Below are positions 49,511 through 61,272 of a stretch of DNA of 64,000 bases, one piece after another. Source of the DNA: Vicugna vicugna (Eukaryota); the NCBI GenBank assembly GCA_013265495.1, contig MU058584.1, positions 5,090,508 through 5,154,507 on the forward strand, written 5' to 3'. The notes under the pieces are model-generated. The model saw only the letters and a list, made by a program, of their open reading frames with translations, ran no database searches and had not been told where the DNA came from. Numbering within the stretch: the stretch's first letter is position 1; each line of letters opens with the position of its first letter. The position numbers and the translations under genes were made by a program.

Positions 49511-52330
49511 CATGTGATCCAGAGAAGATGAATGTTTACTGGTCAGCTACCATAAAGCTGGCTCCAATGCTAGGCATTTTCACATTTTCTCCAGCATTTA
49601 ATCCTCATAAAAATCCTGGGAGGTGGTGTTAGTCCCATTATACCCGTGAAGACATAGATGCCCACCTGACCACAGGTGGCAGAATCAAGACTCACACCCA
49701 GAAAACTGACTCCACCTCTAGAGTTCTGGGGTATCCTGTCACATTCTCACTTGTAAACTACTAACTCAGGTGCACTTTGATGCCTTAAAGCCCCTCAGCA
49801 GGGCTCCTGGCCAGTCTGCTTTAATAGAGCAAAGTTAACACAGATCACTTATTAGTCAGGGGCTGCTTGGATCAGACAGGTAATTTCTTGTTGTAAGCCT
49901 TAATTAATTGGACACTATTTCTCCCTCCTTAGTGCTCCTGTATCACATTGACTGTGGAACCCATTCACTGCCATTCACAAGCTGACATTCATTCACTTCC
50001 ACTGCTCAGAAAATATCTGCCTGCCTGCCTTAGGGCTTGAAGTTTCCCAGAGTTGACTTAGGGTCAATAACAACAGTTACTAAAAGTAGAAATGTATCAG
50101 GACAAGAAGTTCAATAATATCAATGATCACAGAACAACAAACATACAAATAGTGGATTAAATGAATAAGACAATTTAATTATGTTATTTACATAATTACT
50201 ACTCTAATTATATTATTGCTATACAATTTATATGGATAATATATTCATTAAATGAATAAGTCAATTATCTAGCAAGACTCAGAAGTAATGTCATAGAAGA
50301 TATTTGGAATATGGCATGCATTTGTTTTTATTTTATTTTGGTTTTGGTTTTTTAGAGAAAGAGGGAGATAGGGGGTTACCAAAAAGGAAGGAATATGGGC
50401 CTACTTGAAGCATTTAGAAGCAGGCGACAAGTTCTGAGAATCTTAGGCTTTGCAAAGGAGGGTCCAGGAAAAAATTCCTCCAAAAAAACCAACAGCGACA
50501 AAAATGTTTAAATCTGTCCTCATAGAGATTTAATCTAGCGTCAGTGAAGACATTATATGTTTTGTTAATTTTTATGTTATTATGCTATATTATTTTTAAT
50601 ATTATTTCATTATTATATAATGAAAATGAAGCCACAGGTTATATCCATACACAGTATATTAAAAGGTAAGAAGTTTCCTGGAGGAAGATAAAGTATGGAA
50701 AGAGAACAGGAGTGCTGTTGGGCACTGCATCGAAGTCAGCCAGTGAAAATTTAGAAGACTCCTAAAACCATCTTCTGAAGAAAAATTTGATAATTTTTTC
50801 TTTTACAGACAATTAGCTGTCCATTCCATTGGGATGTTCAGCTGTGTCCTCATGCCAGTGCGCTCAAAGAGGGGGAAAGACTTGGGAACAGAAGAGGAAT
50901 GGGAGGTCCATTTTTACAACTTAACAATCTATAGTATAGAGTTCTTTATTTGATTCCATCCCCAAAGTACTGGTTAAGAAAGTCATCTAATTAGAAGACT
51001 CTAATAAAGTGGCAAAGCCGAGATGCACACTCCAGCCCTGTACCATTGTTTAACTTTGTCTCCACCATGCTGACTTCTTGATAGCATTCCTGTAATTTCA
51101 TACCGCCCTCCAACAATAACTGAGTAGAAAGAAGAGTTGAAAAAAAAGATCTCTCTTTTATTTAGCCTAAGTGTTAAATTACCTTGACACAGGTATTCTC
51201 ACTACTTCTGCTCTCTGCTCCATCTAGGCTCCCGTGATCATAATTTCTGTCAGAATCCATGACGACAGGAAGGAAGTAGAGCCTAAGTCATCAACACCAT
51301 TTTCCATGTTCCAGCTACTGTGGTGACACTTTTGCACATCACAGGCTGCATGCCTCCCACTGTTCTTTTTTTCAGTCAATAAATATTTTAAATGCATCCT
51401 TCTTCAAGAACTTCATAAACTTGACCTGTGTTCATAGTCACTGTGTATGTGAGTCTCATCAGATACAAAGATTACTTCATCTTCTTGAAGCTAGGCACCT
51501 GGCTTCTAAGGACCCCCTGGAAATTCTCAAAGACCCCCATGGAGCCCTATACGCCTGCCTGTTTCTGTGCTTTATGGACACAAGGATGAAGTACATGTCT
51601 ATCCTTTGCTTAGGCAGCTAGATATGAATAAGTGATGGCCCTGGAATCAACATAATGATAAACTAAGCAGTCTGAAGTCTGACACCTGAGCTCCCAGAGG
51701 AATACGTGTGATGGTGTGGCAGGTGGTGGGGGAGGGTGGAATGAGCAGGAGAGAATCAAAGAGGTGATGTCAGGTAATGAAAGAAGTGCACTTACTGGCT
51801 CAGAGCCTGAGGGAGTATCACTTTTCTGTGCGTAACAAAGAACCAAAACACTTTAGTTGGTGAACCTGCCCTAACACATTGTGGCGAATTTTCCAAGATA
51901 CACAAGAAGTGATCCTGCTAATAGAAATAGACTATAACCTTGAAATCTGGGAAAAAGAGAAAACTGCAGCTTATTCACGCTGGAAGGCAAATTCTAAGAA
52001 GGCAAGGCTAGATGTAACAGGTGATGGATAAAGAGTCAAAATGGTGGCCTTTCGGCAGAAGAGAGAAAACACCTGAATTTTCTGAACTCCGTGGTTGGCA
52101 AGGCAACAGAGAGAATAAGTGTCCTCAGGCTGGGTGCAGTGCCAGATGCTGGCAGCTCACACCAGATGCCCTTTCCTTCAGTGATCCAGGGGGAGAGTTC
52201 CACCACACACCGTGCTCTGCAAGGGGCTCCCTGGAGACTCAAACCTTGCCTTTATTTTCCTAAGCAGGACACATCGGCTGGCTCCAACTGGCTGCTCTCC
52301 TGGAGCCGAATTCCCTTGCACTCACCTGCA

Positions 52331-52760
52331 GCATCAGTTTCCCGGGGCTGCCTGCCGTAACGAAGTACCACAATCTGAGTAGCCTGAACAACAGAAATTT
52401 AAAGCCTCCTGTTCTGGAGGCTAGAAGCCTGAAACCAAGCTGTTGGTAAGGTGGCTTCCTGCCGAGGGCCGTGAGAGAAGGATCTGTTCCAGGTTTCTCC
52501 CCTTGGTTTGTAGATAATCATCTTCCTCTGTTTCTTCACATTGTCTTTTAACTATGGGTCTCTGTCTCTGCTTCCAAATTTCCCCTTTTTATAAGGACAC
52601 TGGCCATATTAGATTATGGCCCAACCTGACAACTTCATGTTCATTTGATTACCTCTGTAAAAACCTCATCTTCAAATAAAGTAACCTTCTGAGGCACTGG
52701 GAGTTAGGGCTCCAACATAGCTTTGATTTTAGAGTGGAAGGCACAATTCAACTCATAGCA
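52331..52760 (-). mobile_element. MLT1C-like MaLR solo LTR
   Basis: 'gtaacgaagtaccaca...aacaacagaaattt...gttctggaggctagaag...tataaggacactggccatattagatta...cacaattcaactcatagca'. Confidence 0.85.
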
Positions 52761-53229
52761 CCTACTGAGCAACATCTGAGGATGTTTTCCTTATATTTCC
52801 CTCCACGACTTTTACGCTGCAGTGTGTTACCATCCCTCCTCTTCTCACCCAAAGTACAAGAATGCAGGGCTTCAAGAAACCAGAGGAAAGTTTGTTGGAT
52901 TAATTTTTATCAGAAGAGTTAGTGACAGGTGGAAGATGATGAAGTAAAGCTGGAATCAAGAACACTGATACATTTTCCTTCCAGAAAAATCTCTAAGATT
53001 CAAGACGGCCTTGGATGTGCAGGACAGTTGGAGAGCTCCAGACCAACTGGTCTGAACAGCCACAAAGAAGGTTACAGGAAGGTTGCTAACTACAGTAACA
53101 ATAATGATTATGATGATATTAAGTGTTATTTTTGTCTTGCGGAATTATCTTCTCTCATAGCCTTTAAAATTTTTAATTTGTCACCGTGGGGGGTTTGCAG
53201 AAGAGAAGACATCATGGTGTAACAAGCTG

Positions 53230-53430
53230 GTAAGAGCATTGGCCGTGGAATCAGACATCCTCAGTTTCAATGAAGCCTCCTACCCACCCAGACTCCAAGC
53301 TCTGCCACTTGCTAGTCATGTGACCTTGAGCAAGTTACTTAACCTTTCAGAGACTTGTTTCCCTTCTCTGTTAAAGGGGCATGAAAATACATGCTTTTCA
53401 AGTTTGCAGTAAGGATTACGAATTTCATAA
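53230..53430 (+). mobile_element. MIR SINE
   Basis: 'ctctgccacttgctagtcatgtgaccttgagcaagttacttaacctttc'. Confidence 0.75.
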
Positions 53431-53540
53431 TTTAAAATAGTAATGATATCACAAGTTGATGTGTAATATACAGTCACGAGTAGAGTTATGGGTATACAAT
53501 CACTGGGCATGTTATTGTGGATGTAGAAGGGTGGTCTAGG

Positions 53541-53680
53541 TCAGTGGTTTTCATCTTTGGCTGTACACGAGGATCACCGGGAAGTTTTTTCAAATTCAGA
53601 TGCCTAGACTGCACCACAAGTCTATTAAGTAAGAATATCCAGAAGATTCCAATGGGCAGCCAAGGTTGAGAACCACTCTT
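53541..53680. mobile_element. MER5A/B-like element
   Basis: TIRs 'cagtggttttca' and 'ttgagaaccact'; 'gcagccaaggttgagaaccac'. Confidence 0.7.
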
Positions 53681-54160
53681 CTAGATTAATTACTGTACTA
53701 TAATCTAGAAGGGAATCACCCTTCTAAATTTACAATTCAATTGTACTGTGGGCTAAAGAAATGCCTACTCAAACCATTACAAATTCCATAGACATATTTT
53801 ATACATATATATGAATATATGTATGCTTTATATATACATATATAGAGAGAGAATGTATCAATATAAATTTAAGTCATTTAAATTTACTTTTAATCACATT
53901 TATAACTGAAGTGAAATTAAAATCACATTCATCAACTGAGCTAGGGTATATTCATTTTGGTTGCCAAGCAATTTTTAGATTTTAGAAATTAAGACATTCA
54001 GATGGAAACATTTAGGAGAATGATGAAAATTATTCTGCAAGGTGGTGTAAGATGGACCAGTAAACTAGGAAATACTTGGTACTTTCCAAACCCTTCTCTC
54101 CAATCATAAGAGATCTGAATACCACTCCTTTTTCCTCCTCTTTAGGTTTACTTACTACAC

Positions 54161-54507
54161 TGCTATGATCTGAATGTTTGTGTCCCCTGCCTAATTCATA
54201 TGTTGAAATTCTAACCCCTTAGGTGATGGTATCAGGATGTGGGGCCTTTGGGAGATGATTAGGTCACGATGGAAGGACCTTCATGACTGGGATTAATGGT
54301 CTCATAAGGGAGGCTCAGGTGAGATCCCTTGTTCCTCCCACCATGTCAGGATACAACGAATAGTATGCAACCTGGAAGAGGGTCCTTAACCAATCACGCT
54401 GGTGCTCTGATCTCAGACTTCCAGCTTCTGTGAAAAATAAATTTCTGCTGTTTGAAAGCTACCCAGTCTGTAGTATTTTGTTATAGCAGCCAGGACGCAC
54501 TAAGGCA
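54161..54507 (+). mobile_element. MLT1A0-like MaLR solo LTR
   Basis: TG...CA ends with perfect 5-bp TSD TACAC (54156-54160 and 54508-54512); 'tctgaatgtttgtgtcccc...ttcatatgttgaaattctaacc'. Confidence 0.9.
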
Positions 54508-55489
54508 TACACGATCTTCCTACCAGCAAGGGGGAACACACCTCCTCTGAAGTCATTTCAGTGTCACTTTCAGCAATGGAGGTTCACAGCCGGAGACCAG
54601 AGTATGAACCTAGGAATGAATGTAATCTTATGCCTTGAATATCCCAAAGGCAGACATGCTTGCAGTGCAATCCTTGGTTGTGGAAATTCTTCGGTGGATA
54701 CAGTCAATTTAACGGAGCCAAGATTTGGGCTGAATTCAGCCCCCTTCAGAGGGCTGGTACCTTCTCCCTGGCAGATTGGCGCCTCAAGCTTCCCACAGAG
54801 AGCCTGATGGAGAAAACTCAGGCACTCCGACTCTGACAATAAACAGAGTATGGGACTGTCTACATGGAAAAATTGGAGGAACATGTGATGGAAAGTCAAG
54901 TCCAGACACAGACCTGCCAAGTGGTTGATATTCCCACTTTAAGGATTGCTTTGAGTTGACGATCAAAGACCCCAGCAAAGATGCAAACATATTTGGGAGG
55001 AGTTAATGCTGTAAACCGTTACAGATCATCAGCTGCTTAGAACAACAGTTTATCAGGCTTGTTAATCAATTTATAAAATCAACTTATAAAGATGAAAAGA
55101 GTAAACAGAAAACCATGAGAGTCAGTGGAGGGGGATATAAGATGTGATATATTGTTCTGCTATTTTTGTAAAAAAAAAAAAAAAGGAGGAACAATGGCAT
55201 TCGTGTATGTATTGCAATCGGTTTGCAGGGTATGCCTCGTTGTCCATTGATGTATCGAGCTTAAGTAGGAAGTTCCATGAAGCAGCATCAAAAGAGGTTA
55301 GTTCAGGATGTTAATTGCCTGTGTCACTATAGGCAGGCTAAAGGTGGTGAACAAGCTATCTGAATGGAAGTTCCGTAACAGAAAGATGTCCAACTCCTGG
55401 ATACTGGAGAGGTGGTTCTTACTATCACAAGGGTGAGATGCCAGATGATAGGCAAATAGTAGAGGGTTTTCGAGTAAGGGTTTCAGAGT

Positions 55490-55930
55490 GACCTTCTCTA
55501 CTGAAAAGACTTCAGTGGCTTTCCTCTACCCCCTGGATGCCATCTAAGCTCCTCTGCCTTGCATAAATGGCCTTCCCTGATGGGTGCCTGCTGACTTGTC
55601 TGACTTTAGTCCTCAGGGCGCGTCCTCAGGGCTTCAGCAACATGAATCTGCAATCCCTTGTGCTCTTTCCCCCTCTTCTGCTTGTCTAACTTCAGTTCAT
55701 CCTTTAAGACCTAATTTGAACATGACTTCTTTCAATGAAGCCTTTCCTGACTCTCCCAGGTCCCAAAAGCCCCTTCCTCTTCCTCCTGTAAATCTCCTTG
55801 TCTATGACAGGTGTGGCATAGATTAGGTGTCTTTCATTTTTCTATAGTCTTTTTGTAGAGGGACTGTCCTTTATTCATCCTTGTGTCCTAGAGCCTAGGA
55901 TAATGAATACATGATTGGATGGATGGAAAG
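55490..55930 (+). mobile_element. L2 3' fragment
   Basis: 'cttcagtggctttcc', 'tcatcctttaagacct', 'gaagcctttcctga', 'ggactgtcctttattcatcc'. Confidence 0.6.
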
Positions 55931-56378
55931 AAAGATTTGCCTGGCTGAATTCCAAACCTTTTTGGAAACCCTTGCATTATCATCCATGGCTTGGTTAGCC
56001 TAAGATATGGAAAATGGGTGCAGAGTGACCATGTAAAACCTGTATCAACATTTTTATTGTCCCTAAATTTCTACAGCTGAATCTTAGTCAGAGTTTCTTA
56101 AACCATTTATTGGCTTAAAAACCCACTGGTCCCAGAGAGCCTTTTTGGATTAGCCATGTCTTTCTACTTCCTCGAGTTGTTTCCCCCACCAACAATTATT
56201 TAAGTAATTGATACTCTTTGCATTTTTTAGTATAATGTTTGTTGATTATCTTCCAGTTACATATTTTTTGGTTTTTCCTAACCATAAAATAAGCTTCTGT
56301 CATCTCCCTTCTAATGTTTAGTGTTTTGGTCTCCTGTCATGGACAGTGCAGTGTAGTGATGATAAACCTACCATTCTT

Positions 56379-56969
56379 TTTGTTTGTTTTTGTTTTTGTT
56401 TTTAACATTTTTTATTGATTTATAATCATTTTACAATGTTGTGTCAAATTCCAGTGTAGAGCACAATTTTTCAGTTATACATGAACATATATATATTCAT
56501 TGTCACATTTTTTTCTCTGTGAGATACCATAAGATCTTGTATATATTCCCCTGTGCTATACAGTATAATCTTGTTTATCTACTCTACAATTTTGAAATCA
56601 CCTGCACCCCAATGTTCATAGCAGCACTATTTACAATAGCCAAGACATGGAAACAGCCTCAATGTCCATCAACAGATGACTGGATAAAGAAGATGTGGTA
56701 TATTTATACAATGGAATACTATTCAGCCATAAAAACTGACAACATAATGCCATTTGCAGCAACATGGATGTTCCTGGAGAATGTCATTCTAAGTGAAGTA
56801 AGCCAGAAAGAGAAAGAAAAATACCATATGAGATCACTCATATGTGGAATCTAAAAAAAAAAAAGAACATAAATACAAAACAGAAATAGACTCATAGACA
56901 TGGAATACAAACTTGTGGTTGCCAAGGAGGCGGGAGGTGGGAAGGGATAGAATGGGATTCCAAAAAAAC
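56379..56969 (-). mobile_element. Young L1 3' end, minus strand, with 5' inversion
   Basis: T-rich tail from 56379, antisense 3'UTR to 56599, then plus-strand ORF2 C-terminus and UTR 56600-~56965; perfect 12-bp TSD CCTACCATTCTT (56367-56378 and 56970-56981). Confidence 0.92.
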
Positions 56970-57073
56970 CCTACCATTCTTGATAGCCTAGCGCTGCCAT
57001 TTACTCACTGCATGAACTCTGCAAGTTACTTAAGTGCCTCATTTTTTCCATACATAAAATGGGAATAATACTA

Positions 57074-57606
57074 GTTTTTTTTTTTTTGAAGAGACTGTCC
57101 TTTCCCCATTGTATATCTTGGCTTCTCTGTTGTAAGTTAATCAAGTGTCCATTGATGGATGGATAAGGAAAATGTATATATATCAGAAAGACAAATACCA
57201 TATGATCTCACTTATACGTGGAATCTAAAAAAATAAAAAACAACAAAAAAACTCATAGCAGAGAACAAATTGTTGATTTCTAGAGGCAGGGCTGGGGAAC
57301 TGGTAAACAAATGAAGGGGGTGAAAAGGTACAAACTTCTACTTACCAAATAAATAAAGCCTCATGAGATATAATGTACAGCACAGTGACTATAGTTAATA
57401 ATACTACATTGTATATCTGAAAGTTGCTAAGAGAGTAAATCTTAAAAGTTCTCATCACAAGAAAAAATATTTGTAACTATCTGCGGTGATGGATGCTAAC
57501 TATACTTACTGTGGTGGTCATCTCAAAATCATTAAGTTGTACACCTAAAACTAGTATCATGTTATGTGTCAATTATAGCTCAATAAAAAAAAAACAGAAA
57601 AAAAAA
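57074..57606 (+). mobile_element. L1MA9-like 3' end with short inverted 5' piece
   Basis: Antisense 'gaagagactgtcctttccccattg' (~57085-57140), then sense 'cagaaagacaaataccatatgatctcacttat...gttgctaagagagtaaatcttaaaagttctcatcac...ctcaataaaa' and an A tail. Confidence 0.85.
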
Positions 57607-57719
57607 GAAAGACATGTGTTATAACATGCTTAGAACAGTCCTTAGCATATATTCAATTAAGGTTGAGTATTATTGCCTTCACATGAGAACTGGTGATGCC
57701 TTACATGTGTTCAGTATTT

Positions 57720-59240
57720 TACTAAGGGCCCTTTATGATGAATGAAAACAAATTCACATCAAAGCACATCATTAGAGAATTTCAAAACACTGACTATAAA
57801 GATATCCTCAGTGCTTCTTGAGATGGGAAACATAAACAAACAAATAAAAACACAAAAATGTCACATGTAAACAACTTGAAATAGAATGATAATGAATTTA
57901 TCAATAAAATCTAGAATTTAGAAGATAATAGAGATACACTTTTAAAATACTGAGGAAAATTTAAATTCCAATCTACATTGAATACCCAGATAAACTATCA
58001 CTAAAATATGAGAACAGAATAAAGTGGGTTTTTTTTATATGCAAAGTCTCTGAACACTGATCCCCCTTGGACCCTATCTTAGGCTGCTCTAACAAAAATA
58101 CCATAAGTCTATGGTGTGAGGTATCTTAAACAACAACAATTTATTTCTTACAGTTCTAGAGATTGGAAATTCCAAGATCAAGGTGCCCACAGATATACTG
58201 TCTGGTGAGGGCCTGCTCTCTGGTTCACAGCCAGCCATCTACTCACTGTGTCTTCACATGGTGGAAGAGGTGACAGCGGTCTCTTCATCAGGACACCAGT
58301 CCCATCCAAGTGATCTAATCACCTCCCAAAGGCCAATCTCTAATTACCAACACATTGGGTACTAGATTTCAAAATATGAATTTGGAAGGGACACAGTCAG
58401 CCAATAGCAGGCTCTTTCTTAGAAAACTGCTAAAGACTGTCTTTCATCAAAAAGTAGAATAAACAAAAAATAAGGAGGAGCAAACATTTCAGATCTAAGA
58501 GGCAAGATCCTACATAGGAAAAAGCAAAAAACATTTTTTAGAATAATGATGAAGAGAAGGCTCAAGAAAACAGCTGTTTACTAGGCTAGTGAACAGCCAG
58601 TGCAGACAGGAGCAAGAGGGTGGGAGGCTCCAGAGGTGATGCCTTCACCAGAAAAGGAAAAGATAGGTAGACAGACAGATAGATAGATAGACTGATTTTG
58701 TGATATACTTGATTATTATGTTACAAATCTGACAGAGTTTGGAAGTGAATTAGTGACAGGACACTGAAAACTAAGCAAATAACCACAGAAGTGATGATTA
58801 ATTCCACTGACAAAAAAGCTGGATGAGGAATAGAATGCAATGACTCTATGTAGCTGTGAAGTCTATTAATATCATCACAACACTGTGAGTCCTGAATATT
58901 GCTATAACCAAATTCGTGACATAAATATATTTGGAATAAAGGGAGAAGAGGTCTAAGTGTGCAAAGGGGACAGACAGCCAGAGAGTTAAAGCCTTATTTT
59001 CTATTGTAGGACATCAACTAAATAAAATCGCAAAATCAAGAAATAGCAATGTAAAATATTTATCTAGCAGGATGGAGGTAAATAATAGAAGAACGAACCA
59101 GAAAGAATTACATGGTTCTATATTCGGAGTAGAAATCGGGAGTGAGACAAGGTGGAGCTGTTTTTCATTATAAACCTTGGATTTTTAGACTGCATACATA
59201 AATTATTTTGACAGAAGCTAAAATTAATTAAGATTTGTAA
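57720..59240 (+). mobile_element. HAL1-like (half-L1) element interrupted by a MaLR LTR
   Basis: ORF1-like 'cacatcattagagaatttcaaaacac...aaaatactgaggaaaat...atacccagataaactatca' and 'gatgaagagaaggctcaagaaaacagctg...cagtgcagacaggagca'. Confidence 0.65.
58072..58409 (-). mobile_element. MLT1A-like MaLR solo LTR
   Basis: 'ggctgctctaacaaaaataccata...caagatcaaggtgcc...gtctggtgagggcc...ctaatcacctcccaaaggcc...atgaatttggaagggacaca'. Confidence 0.85.
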
Positions 59241-60564
59241 AGCAAATTAAATGCATAAACACTTCATGGTAGAGAGTTTGACCAAGTTTCAATGCAAGCG
59301 TTTTTTTTTTCTTTTATATCAATATGGGCAAGATCATGTAGAAATCTAAATCTAATCACATATTTGAAAAACAACTAATTTTGTTCCTTTCATTTTTAAG
59401 AGAAACCGTAAGCCATCATCCCTCTTCCTTTGCCTGTTGGGATGCTGTTGACGATTCTAGTAAATGCTTAGCTTGGGAAACCAGAACATAAGAGCTTTCC
59501 TCTTGGCAGGCATTAGGATATGAATCATCGAGACAGGAGCAGAACGTTCCGAGCTAGCCCCACTCGCATTTAACATTTGTTGGTGCCATCATTACTACCA
59601 AAATGACTGTAACCAAGAGATTATGATAACCCAGGGCGAAACTGAGGAGTATCTGGAATGTTTTAATTAGGTCTATTGACTGAAGACAGCAAAGCTTCCA
59701 ACTCTCTTGATAGCACATTTTCTCCGAGTACATCTGATGAAAGGCTATTATGAGAAGGCAATTTCTTACATGGGCTAGAAGTCTGTCCTAAGTTTCCTAT
59801 ATTCCTTGAAAATCTTGGGAAGGCACAAAGAATAGTATGCCAGCAATGGTCATCTTCGATCAAACTAATTTTCAGGCAAAAGAGGAGAACGGTACGTTGA
59901 CTCTGGTATACATTTATGTATAAAACAAGTGGATATTGTCATGGTACGAAGACTTTAAGTCACAAATAGAAAGAAAAACATGCGGGGAGACTGAAGGGAG
60001 AAAAGGGTGATGGAAAGGGTTATACCAAGGGAAGAGAGAAATGACAAGATTAGGGAAGCAAGAGAGAAAGGAACAAAGGGGAAGAGTGGGAGGGACACAG
60101 GGATGAAACCTGCACAGTATATGTGGCCGTGTCCCCCGGCCTCTCTCGTGTTGCCTAACAACCTGACAATTTTTCCTGCCCTGGTCCCTGTGTCTGTAAC
60201 CAGGGTGTTCCAGTTCCACCCCAGACCTGACCTCTTTACCAGAAAATGCCAGGGCCAGAAAATTCCTTTTGTTGACTTCCAAGGACCTTTATTCTACCTG
60301 GCCCAGGACCACAGGACCCAGATGCCCAGGCCAATGGGCCCTCAGCTCCACCTGTCCTTTGATAGATAAATGGATCTAGCCTTTCTTCTATTCTCACTCT
60401 AGGGGAAAAGAGGGAGATTATACCACAAGCTCTGCTCCTTCTGCAGTGGCCCAACATGCCTAATGGACATCCTGGCTGTGTACGCAGTAGGGCCGTGTAC
60501 GGGGATGAGGAGGATGAAAGTGTAGATGTGGATGGGCGGAACACGGTGTGGAATGTGGATCTGT

Positions 60565-60618
60565 GCGTGTGTGTGTGCACGTGTGTGTTTGTAAGTGTGT
60601 GTGTGTGTGTGTGTGTGT
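60565..60618. repeat. Imperfect (TG)n microsatellite
   Basis: Read directly. Confidence 0.9.
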
Positions 60619-60788
60619 AACTTCTGAATGGTTTCCTAGTACCCTACCTGGCAACTCACTTGCCTGTGAGTTCATACATAAGGGTGAAGCTCTAAAAAGC
60701 CATCTGGGAGCTCTCTCTGCATCGGCAGAGCTTCTGAGGCAGTGAGCCTCACCCACAAGGTGATCAGACTGGCACACAAATGTTTCTC

Positions 60789-61272
60789 TGTGAGATCCAA
60801 CGGCTCCCAAAGATATCTATTTCCTAACCCTGTCCCTGAGCCTATGAGTATATTAGGTTACAAGCAAAGAGGAATTAGGGTTGTAGGTGGAATCAAGGAA
60901 TCAGTTTGCCTTAAGATAAGGAGATTATCCTGGATCACTGGGTGGGCCCAGCCCAAGGTGATCACAAGGGTCCTTAAAAGAAGAAGGGGAAATTGGAAGA
61001 GAGAACCAGACAGATGGCAGCATGAGAAGGACGTGGTCTGATGTTGCTGCCTTTGGAGATGGAAGAAAAGGGACACGGACTAAGGAAGGGGCAAGCCTCC
61101 AGAAGCAGGAAGAGGCAGGGAAACGTATTATTCCCTTGATCCCCTAAAGGCCAACACCTTGAGTTTAGCCCAGTGAGAACCATTTTGGACTTCTAGCCTC
61201 CAAAATTATAAGATAATAATTTATATTATTTTAAACTGGTAAGTTTGTGGCAAGCAGTAGGACGCTAATACA
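60789..61272 (+). mobile_element. MLT1D-like MaLR solo LTR
   Basis: 'gagattatcctggatca...aatcacaagggtcctt'-like, 'tttagcccagtgagaaccattttggacttct', ends 'ctaataca'. Confidence 0.85.
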
